In this document: positions 54,101 to 64,000 of the stretch, one piece after another
How the letters are laid out: each line of letters begins with the position of its first letter
Position numbering within the stretch: position 1 is the first letter of the stretch
Origin: Marsupella aquatica
Taxonomy: Eukaryota; Plantae; Marchantiophyta
Assembly: GCA_973895155.1 (NCBI GenBank)
Contig: OZ316895.1
Location: 21,526,558-21,590,557, forward strand
Length of the DNA stretch: 64,000 bases
Reading direction: 5' to 3'
Program-made: the position numbers and the translations under genes
Notes under the pieces: generated by a model
What the model saw: the letters and a program-made list of their open reading frames with translations, nothing else
The model's database searches: none
Told to the model about the DNA's origin: nothing

Positions 54101-57100
54101 CACACTTTGGGAGCCTCAATTGTCTTAGGGAGCTTCAGATTTGTTTTTGACCCTAAACCCCAGATTACAGGTACATATGCTGAGCACCAAAAGCTCCCTT
54201 CCCTAATGTCATGCCCTAAGTGCACAATAATCTCCATTTTCTGATGTCATGGCCCCAAAAGCCCCAACCCAATTGGTGTCAATGTGTTGGTTTCTGTCTA
54301 ATCTGCCTTTCCCTCGTGCCTGGTCATCTCCAGGGGCCAATGTCGCCTAGTATCATGCCCTCAACTTCCAATGGCATGCCCTACTGGAGCTACTGTAGGT
54401 CAGTAGGGTTGGCTTTGCTACAACTACTGCAGTGCCATCCCAATTCAGAATTTTAATTATTTTAATTCCAAAACATAACAGAACACCAAAGCTTTGTTCT
54501 CCTGCTTTAGTTAAATTTCATATTAATGTATATTCTGAAAAGTCACTGTTTACATACTTGGAATGTTCACAAGCAATCTAAAATATTCTCACAAGCACTC
54601 TAACATATTTTGTTAAATAGATAACAAAATTTAAGGAATGATTGATCTTTGTGGGCAAAGTTTAATAATTGTTTATTTTTGTGGGCAAAACCGAGAGAAG
54701 TATATGCATGCTTGATGGGACCCTTGCCAATACATATTTACCTGATGGGCCACCTCTGACACTTGTGTCAGATGTTCTTGTAACAGTTCCTATAAGGTGT
54801 TTTAGCTTTATATGATCGGGTATATGATCACCAATTAGAGCTACTGTGAACTATTACTGATGTCTTAGTTAGAGTTTATTGTACCCTCTATATGTTACTA
54901 TCACACTTGTTACTTTTACACTTGTCACTTTCACAGAAGCTATCTGCAAGGGGTTTTTACAATGTTGACATTTTTCTTTGTGCTTTTGTCTATGGAAGGA
55001 ATTCACTACTTTTGACCATTTGCCCCAGCTGCAAGGTTCAACAATTGTCCAAGTGGATCGAAGACAACATCGATGTTGTGTTATAATATCTAGACCCCCA
55101 AATTGTCCAAATATGGAAGAAACCAAGGATCCTCTATTTTGGTCGTTTCCTGTGTTGCAACTTTCAAAAAATTGATTAATTGTGAAACAAAGACAACATG
55201 GAATCAATCTTTGAAGTGCCCCGAAAAATGCCAATGCCCCCCTCCTTCTGCGATTAAAAACTGGCAACCTCTCTAAACTGATAGCAGCAGACAATAAATG
55301 CTCAAGACCCCCTAAAACCCTATAGCCACAATAAAATTTTGACAACCTTCAAAACCCCTCTATAACGGGAAAATTTCAAACCTGCATGAACTAGACTAGA
55401 AATGTTGTACAAACCCGCTATCATGTACCGGCGGATCCCCTAATACCCTATAATCATGTGAAAATATAGTGTATTGTTTTCAAGCATAGATGTACATGGA
55501 GTGGACTTTGACACCACTCAGTGTGGAGTGGGGCGGGAAATGCATAGTGGACCATGCAGTGGAGTCACCACACAAGAACCATATGTACTAAACCTAAGTA
55601 GGGGGCCTAGTTTGTAACAAAAGGGGCCTAGTTTGTAACAAAAGGTTTGTGGCTGTCCCATCATGCATATACTTGAATCCTGGATGGTAGTCAGGTCCAA
55701 ATCTTAATAATTCCTTATCCTTGTGTGCAAACCAGTATGGCACTATAGTAGTATATATGCCTGGCAATTTTTTCTGAGCTCTTACATGGGTTTTGTGACA
55801 TTTAACAGACCCTCCATGTAGTATGAACTGCTCATTAGGGGGATACAAGAGGGTTACACGATGTAGTGCAAACATGCAGGACTAACATCTACCTTTTCCT
55901 CATGGAACAGATGGTTTTGTCCCAGATCAGGTTTCTGACACAAGATGCCCCCTTACTGGTCTTAGCGACCTTAGTGGGGAATCACACAAACCTCGTTACA
56001 ACTGTTGCTTGTCTTTCCTAGTTGCACTTTCACGATGTGGCCAGGAGGAGCAGAGCTGGTCTTCCAAGTTTGGACTTTGATGCCAATGCCATCTAATGAA
56101 ACAACCATATTTAGTGAATCCACACTGGTGTTACAAAAGGGCCAAAACCTCTCCCACCGTTTAACTTTCCAGTCAAAGTCAGTGCCCTCCTCTGTGATGA
56201 TAGTCTTCTCCACAATCTCAGGAAAAATAACACTAAGTTTTGGTGAGTTCTCGTGTTACCAGAACTAGATGTTGACAGTGGTGGTTTAAGGCCTTGTTTT
56301 CCAATTCTTGCTTCAGACTGCTTCCTGGCTTCCACCTTGTTTTCCAAGAGCTTCCTTCTCTGTTTATCAACGACTTCCAGGTTCACATTCAGGTGCAGCT
56401 GGGGCTCCATGACATTCCTTCACTTGCACTTCGTGCTCATTGGCCATCACGGCATAATCCACCTCTCAGCACCGTTCCGTCTGTCAAACTGGATACTGTA
56501 CCTGTGCCCTAATCTTTCCATCAGCGGTCAGACTTGCTTGCTGCTAAACCTGTCCCTGTTCTGCTTCTGTATTTTGGTGACATCTTCTCCCCTTTTTCTC
56601 ACTCCCTTATTTCTGCAAATTAGGACGAAGACCGCAAATGACTAATCTCACCATGCTCAAAGAGATCACCTCTCCTGAAGCAGATGTATCCTAAACAATG
56701 GATGTGTGGGTGACATCGATAGGATGTCAAACAAGTTAACTACAGCAGCAAATCAAAACAACGTATTCAGATTCCATAATGCAAGTAGAGTATAGAAAGC
56801 ACCAGACGAAATCCGTTCAAGCATCATTCCACAGAAATCTGGCCATACTTTTGAAGGCGCCAATTACTTTCAAGTCTTAGCCATGCAGCCTACTAGTATG
56901 GCCTACGACAGAGCTCTCCAAAGGGGAGCCCGCCCGTGAGCATGACCAACATCACACTGCCTAACCTACCTGTCACCCTTAAATGAATAAATGTGAATAC
57001 CTCACTTTGGTCTCCAGAGGACCAAAGAAGGAGAGCCCAAAACAAGGGCACGTACAAAGGATGAGCACATAAATTTCAGGTGTGGACAGAGAACGACGAC

Positions 57101-57243
57101 ACTGCACTGCCTAAGACCCACGAATCATAACCAACTCGGAAATGAAACTGCGGTATTTCTTGTTCAATACAAGACCTAATGCATTAAAATGGAGTAACAA
57201 TACCTGTGTCGGCACTACATATCATACAGACTTCCAATTTACT

Positions 57244-60125
57244 CTAGCTCACTTGAGTAATCTCGTTCCTCTGAGCTTCCTGGGATGCATTGAACGCGGG
57301 GTTTACGATTGCTGGGCTCACTTCTGTGGCGGAAGTTGAGTTCGACTCTTTCTCTGATCCATTCTTTACATCAGAAGTGCTCAACACAGCTGAAGGCAGC
57401 TGTGGCTGCACATCACCGCCAGTCTGCGCCAACGCACCGTTCTGCAATGAGGACTGGGATAGTAAGGTAACCTGGGACACCTCCTGAGAATTTTGACTCG
57501 CCGTTTGATTGGCTACTGGGGGATTGTTCTCTGTTCCTGCCGATTCTACAGGTTGCGATTCCCTTGCTGAATCGGCGGGCGGCACAGGAGCAGGTTGCTT
57601 GGATTCACTGGCCAGAAGAGTTTGAGAGACGAGAACACTGAGTTTTGCAATAGCCGACATAGGATCTTGATCGCCATGTTCCACTGACGGTTCCTCAGTA
57701 CGGACCTTCTTTCGATCTGGCTCATCTGCCCCTTGATCTTGCCCTGTCGCAGGTTCTTTAGTTTCTGGTGGGCCGGATGCAGGGTCCGTACATGTAGTGA
57801 CTGTGAGCAGTGAAGTGGATTCCGGGACACCTGAAGGTTCTGCCTTGGAAACACTACCACCATACTTATTTTGGTCCTCAATGATCTTTTGAAGATACTT
57901 GCCATGTGCTTCAATTCGGAGCTGCAGTTGCCTTTGAACCTGCATAAGGTCAAAATGCTATAAGAGACCGGCACAACTCACCTACAGCTATCGCAGCAAA
58001 CTCAACACGTCAAGCAATGGAAAATATGTTTCAATGCGGATGTGCAAGAATCACACCAGGCATAAGGATGAAAAATGTACAGCTTACCTCCAACTGCTCA
58101 TGGAGTCTCTTTTGAACTTCTAGTTGCAGACGCAAAGCTTCTGTCACCTGCATGCCACTGCAGATCCCAGAAAAGAACTGTCATATCCCTCATTCTATGT
58201 TATCACTACACTGCTCCACGATTTAAGTTGCCGTTGTCAACAACATTGTGAAGCCATTTTTTTCTTGATTTTAAACATTAGCCTACTTTCTGACTACTGT
58301 AGGATATTTCGTGGCTAACACTCCCCCATAGTGCACTAGGTGGTGGCGAATGAATCAGATTTTAAGGTGGGTGATTGGCTAATTTTCACCCACAAAAAGA
58401 TGGCAGTGATACTCATTTGGAAGGCCCACCAAATTTAGCAAACGATGGAAATCCAACATCTCCATTCCTTCTCATAGATTTCTTTCAAAATTTTACTTAA
58501 GAACTCCATCAAGTGCGTATGAGAACTTACGCATTCTGGTCCAGAAGCTGCAGCATGTCCTGGTTTCTTTTCTTTTCTGTCTTCAATTCTTGAGATTCTG
58601 GTGGATCCCTTGCCAGCCTATATTTCTACAAACATCAACGGTGAAAAAGTTAAGAAAAGCGAGCCTCCACTGCATTGCACGCCCAAGCCAGTGAACAGAA
58701 GTAGCAGATGATGATGAGGATACCTGAAGGTGGCTTTTGACATGGTATATAGTGAGGCCATCCACTTCCATTTCTCTCAGTACACCCTTAGGTGTTGCCT
58801 CTGTAAGCCAGGGCAGAAGAAGTATAAGTACATGCCCCTGTAATCAACTGCCTGCAAATAGCTACGACTGTACATCTATAAAGAGCATTCAACTCCCAGT
58901 CTCTTGCCCTTGCGAGAATCATCTAACACAAACAAGTTATATTTCAGACGTGAAAGAAGCGTTGTTCACCAGGATGCTAGAGCACGTCACTTACTATCAG
59001 CACCGCCAAGATGGGCGACAGCCTCCACAAAGCGTTCATGAAGCTCAGGTGTCCATCTCAAACGTTGCTTGGCCGCAGCGGCTTCTGATGGACGTGGAGC
59101 ATTTTGTTGTGGTTGCAGAACAATACCTGGTGCATTTTGTCCTTGAGACGGACCCCCTACGGCTACAATGCCTGAACCTGGATAGTCCCTAGGGTAGACA
59201 GGCTGCAATACAAGAATTTGCCAGTATAGGTCAGAAGTAGGCAAACAGCCTGTCAAGACCACAGCACCCTTCTCCAATAGCCCCGAAAAAGATAAAGAGG
59301 AAAGTGAGCTGTGAACGGCTTCGACTGACTCTTCTCATCGGCTCTTGTGCTTAAGTTATCAACACTTTGCAGTCAGTCGCTCAGCAGAATTGTGTCTCAA
59401 CAAACTCAAAAGAGGGAGACGAGTTCAGAACGTACTCGATGCATGGGTTCATTAGAATACTCGGTGCCGTCAAAATGGGTATAAATCTGTGTGATGCACC
59501 CATCTGCTGCAAGCTCTGACCAACCGTCCAAATAGTCATCTCCGGCCCCAGTTCCGAAGGGCTCATTTCCAGGAGATTCCACTATTCCAGCATCACTACA
59601 ATCAGCTGTGGGAGATTCCAAAAACATCTGCAATTGATCACGCAATTCATCTTCCCCATCTTGTTTGGTTGCGTAAGGGTTCGTCGGTCTGTCCTCCGCC
59701 GGGTAGAGCGTCTGAGGGACGGCCTGATTGATGGCCTGAGGTTGTGAAGGAGTGGGAAACACAGGAGCGTGTGAAGATGAAGAAGGAGGTGGAGGAACGA
59801 GAGAAATTTGATTGGGGTAAGTGTGAGCGGAAGCATTGCGTGGGGGCCCGGGATTCAGCACGAGCGCTCGAGACTTTTTCTGGGGACCACCCTGGTGCGC
59901 AATGAGGTACCCCCCCGAGCCTTGCTGCTGCTGGTGTTGCATCGGGGGAGACTGAGTATGAGCCTGAGGATGAGGATGAGGAGACGACTGAACCTGCGAT
60001 TGACGATGGCCGGAAGGCGACCCTTTGTTGTTGTGCAAGTGTTGGTGGTAAGTAGGAAGCGAAGGAGGCATAGCGAAAGGCGGTGGCTGCTGGCCCCAGT
60101 TGGATTGCACCTTTTGCCTATTCAT
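57244..60125 (-). CDS. PHR1/PHL-family MYB-CC (G2-like) transcription factor
   Basis: KQRLRWTPELHERFVEAVAHLGGAD|KATPKGVLREMEVDGLTIYHVKSHLQ|KYRLA, plus the coiled coil GMQVTEALRLQLEVQKRLHEQLE|VQRQLQLRIEAHGKYLQKII. Q/P/H-rich N-terminus from ATG 60125. The end of exon 1 and the C-terminus are approximate. Confidence 0.93.
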
Positions 60126-62249
60126 GACATCATACGACGGAGGGAAGGCTAAAATTGGCCTGTGACGCTCCTGCTGCGCTGCCCCAATCCAGCATCAATC
60201 CTGACTCTTGTCACCTGTTTGTCGCTGCTTCTGCTCATAATTCTCCCCACGCCGCCCTTACCCTTGTTAGACAGTTTAAATTTAGAGGCCCTTCAGCAGT
60301 CACCAGAGCAAAAGAAAATGAGCACCGTATACGCCGTGTTCTACCCTGCTTCACAATCTAATCTGCTCTCTTCTCTTTCTTCTTGCGTGTGCCTTGGAAG
60401 ACACGAACACGGAGCCGAGACTACGCCCTTCCCCTCTCGGCAGAAATTCCCTTCCAAATGCGTGAAAGGCTGCCCTGTCCTGTTCTCCTCGTCCCCTTGC
60501 AGATAATTCCCGTCCTCGAGTGATAGAACTGCGCTGCTACCAGCCTATTTAGAAAGAAGTAATTTCTCTGGCGACCTACAATTTTTTCCGCTCGGCCCGT
60601 CTTGTAGACTACACACCTCGATTTCGAATCGCTAAGCCAGTGCCGCACCCTGTCGAGTCCTTACCTTCCTTCCTGTCGTAAGTTCCTTCCTGTCTTAAGT
60701 GTATGCCGACGTCTTCACCAGCTATCTATCCAGAAAACGCACGCCCATATCCTCTGTCGAACTTTACTTCGTCATCGTCCGTCCCGAGAAAGACGTTTAT
60801 CTCACGGGCGCACCAATTGGAGTAGAATTTCTGTCCGCGCACGGAACCTAAGCCTTCTTTACATCGTCGACAATGATAGCCTGTCGAAGCTGGACACTGC
60901 GACCAGACGCTCTCTCGGTCTTCGGAGCAGCTGAACTATGAAATTGGGGAGGGGCAATATGCACTAATTCCCTACGCCGCCAGTGACCTTCTCGAGGTTC
61001 TTCTCTTCACCTTCCTAATGAAATTGCCGGTGCTTCTTGACCCGAGCTGCGGAGCCAAGGCCCTCTCTATCCCTCTCCCGAGCGCTTCTAATTGAGCGCT
61101 GCAAATAATCGGCCTCCACATCTAAATTCCAATCAACAATGTGCAATCGCCGTGCAGCTCCTCCGCAACCACGAAACCCTTACCACCCACACCGCAAAAT
61201 CACAACCGGCCGTTGCTCTCTTCGTCCGCCTCTGTTCCACCCTTCTCCTCCCTTCCTCTTCTCACAACAACAGCAACTCCGAAATAACGGGCGGACGTGC
61301 GATTACTACTGCTGAGTGAGCGGCTTCCTCTGTCCCTCTTCCTCCACACAGATAATCAATCAGTAGAGATGGAATATGGACCTTATCCACAAACCATGCA
61401 CAATCCCTCGCCGGTAAAGTAAACCTCCTTCCTGCCTGCCTTCGTCCGTGGTTCCTCCCCTGATTACCTCGTCGTCGCAACTCTAATAATGTTCCTGCGT
61501 GACCCGCCTGTCCCTCACCTCACTCTCTCCTTCCTCTAGCCGTCGTTGCTCACTCCTTACACAAACGCCCGACCGACTTTGCTTTGAACGCTACCACTTT
61601 CCAAACCGAAGCAACACACCACAGCAGAGCAGAGCAGCGCAGAGCTTGCGTTCCTCCAACGAAGATCGAACCGCAGAGCGTATCTGAGTGACCTCCTTCC
61701 CTAGCTGGCTAACGGACTCTCACTCAACCTCTCACTCCACACCACTCCAAATAACGAGTCCAACAATCCAATGTTCCAATCCACACCTCGCCTCGCTCAA
61801 CTTCAGTCTCGGCAGAGCAGCAGCGGAGGGCCGAGAGTGAGATGAGCACGAGGGAAGAAGAAGACGACAGGAACGGACGGAATCAAATCGGTGAGACGAT
61901 TAGAAAAAGGGAGGAGACGACGACAAAATAAACAAGGTCCGTCCGCAGGATTCCCACGGCATGGATCACAATTCTCGCATCCCCGACCCCGACTCTGGTG
62001 ACCGCCCGACCTCGAGCTCGTCTACTACTCCCGCTCGTCGCCATCGCCACAATCGACACCGCCCTCGCTGCCTCTCTTCTCTCTGTGTGAGTGCAATATC
62101 TCCACTGCAGGCCTACAGTACTGTAGGGACGTTCCTGGTGCGGACGAAAGAGAGGTGTGTGACGTAAGGAGGGCGTGTGGTCAGGGATGGGAGTCAATGG
62201 CTGTAAGTCCTTTGGCACGGTAGAAGATCTTTTTTGAGAAGATCATAAT

Positions 62250-63612
62250 ATATTGACGCTTCAATTGACAGTTATGGGCCCGGGAGAAGGATTTTTCTGT
62301 ATTTACACCTGTTTTACAACGACGGATGCAATGAGTGGCTTGAAGCTGGCCATAGATACCTTCAACAAATTTTTATGTTGTAGATGCCTGAATATGGTGT
62401 AGATGGTGTGGGCTTTTTAGACGCTTTCAATTGACAGCTGTGGGTCCGGGAGAAGGATTCTGTATTTACACCTGTTTACAACGACAGATTCAATGAGTGT
62501 CTTGAAGCTGGCCATAGATAGCTTCAACAAATGTTGTAGATAGCTTCAACAAATGTTATGTTGTAGATGCCTGAATATGGTGTAGATGGTGTGGGCTTTT
62601 TAGACGCTTTCAATTGACAGTTTGTGGGTCCAGGAGAAGGATTCTGTATTTACACCTGTTTACAACGACAGATTCAATGAGTGTCTTGAAGCTGGCCATA
62701 GATAGCTTCAACAAATGTTGTAGATGCCTGAATGCATAGATACCTTCAACAAATGTTATGTTGTAGATGCCTGAATATGGTGTAGAAGGTGTGGGATTTT
62801 TAGGTGCTTTCAATTGACAGTTATGTGCCCGGGAGAAGGATTCTGTATTTACACCTGTTTTACAAACGGCAGATGCAACGAGTGTATTGAAGCTGGCCAT
62901 AGATACCTTCAAACAAATGTTGTGTTGTAGATGCCTGAATATGGTGTGAGGGTGTGGGCCCCTTTAGACGCTTTCAATTGACAGTTGTGGGTCCGGAGAA
63001 GGATTCTGTATTTACACCTGTTTTGCAACGACAGATGCAATGAGTGTCTTGAAGCTGGCCAATAGATACCTTCAACAAATGTTATGTTGAATATGGTGTA
63101 GAAGGTGTGGGCTTTTTAGACGCTTTCAATTGACAGTTGTGGGTCCGGGAGAAGGACTCTGTATTTACACCTGTTTTACAACGACAGATGCAATGAGTGT
63201 CTTGAAGCTGACCATAGATAGCTTCAACAAATGTTGTAGATGCCTGAATGCATAAATACCTTCAACATTATGTTGTAGATGCCTGAATATGGTGTAGAAG
63301 GTGTGGGATTTTTAGACGCTTTCAATTGACAGTTATGTGCCCGGGAGAAGGATTCTGTATTTACGCCTGTTTTACAATGACAGATTCAATGAGTGTCTTG
63401 AAGCTGGCTAGAGGTACCTTCAACAAATATTGTAGATGCCTGAGTATGGTGTAGAAGGTGTGGGCTATTTAGACGCTTTCAATTGGCAATTGTGGGTCCG
63501 GGAGAAGGCGATTTTGTATTTACACCTGTTTACAACGACAGATTCAATGAGTGACTTGAAGCTGGCCATAGATACAATATGGTATGGTGTAGAAGGTGTG
63601 GGCTATTTCGAG
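62250..63612. repeat. Satellite-like tandem array, ~8 copies of a ~165-bp unit
   Basis: gacgctttcaattgacag..gggagaaggattctgtatttacacctg..gaagctggccatagataccttcaacaaatg..gcctgaatatggtgtaga begins near 62255, 62420, 62603, 62803, 62966, 63119, 63315 and 63471. Confidence 0.95.
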
Positions 63613-64000
63613 GGTTAGTACTTGTGGAGGTGTGTACTTTTAAGTGTTTGATGTCAGCGTGATGAGGTGCTAGTCCAAAACTGAGGATTGTTTCCTGGCC
63701 CATGAGTGTCTATAAATTATCGACCCAGTTAAATCACACGTGTATATATTTCCCCAGCTGCGGAGCTGTGACAGACTGCCTTATACAAACGTTATAGAAA
63801 TATGACATATACTACGACACCCCTGCATACAGTGATAATGCTAGTTTTTTCCTTTCAATCAATGAATGCAGCCACATTTTGATGTGTGATTACCAGCAGG
63901 GAAGGTTATACTGGTACCGTCCAGGAAGCCAGATCCCACTTTATTGTAAGTCGCTGGCAATTTCCTTCATATGTGGCTTTGCATTCCACGGACGAAACCC

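Overview
Eukaryotic land-plant genomic DNA with GT-AG introns, long GC-rich 5' leaders and repeat-rich spacers. The style suggests a bryophyte, possibly a liverwort (inference only). Four multi-exon genes are well supported: a Tab2/ATAB2-family chloroplast RNA-binding protein (-), an ABCF3/GCN20-type soluble ABC-F ATPase (+), a Pumilio/PUF protein (+) and a PHR1/PHL-type MYB-CC transcription factor (-). An XS-domain (SGS3-like) exon and, 3 kb downstream on the same strand, a coiled-coil + C3HC4 RING exon chain can be spliced in frame into one unusual XS-CC-RING protein. The putative intron between them carries a perfect 23-bp inverted repeat crossed by a competing 10-bp helix. Intergenic DNA holds several tandem arrays (two with ~165-170-bp units, one GC-rich, one ~217-bp), a TIR/TSD-bounded MITE with relatives, tRNA-like A/B-box elements and exact local duplications. 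All calls were made by eye, without database searches.
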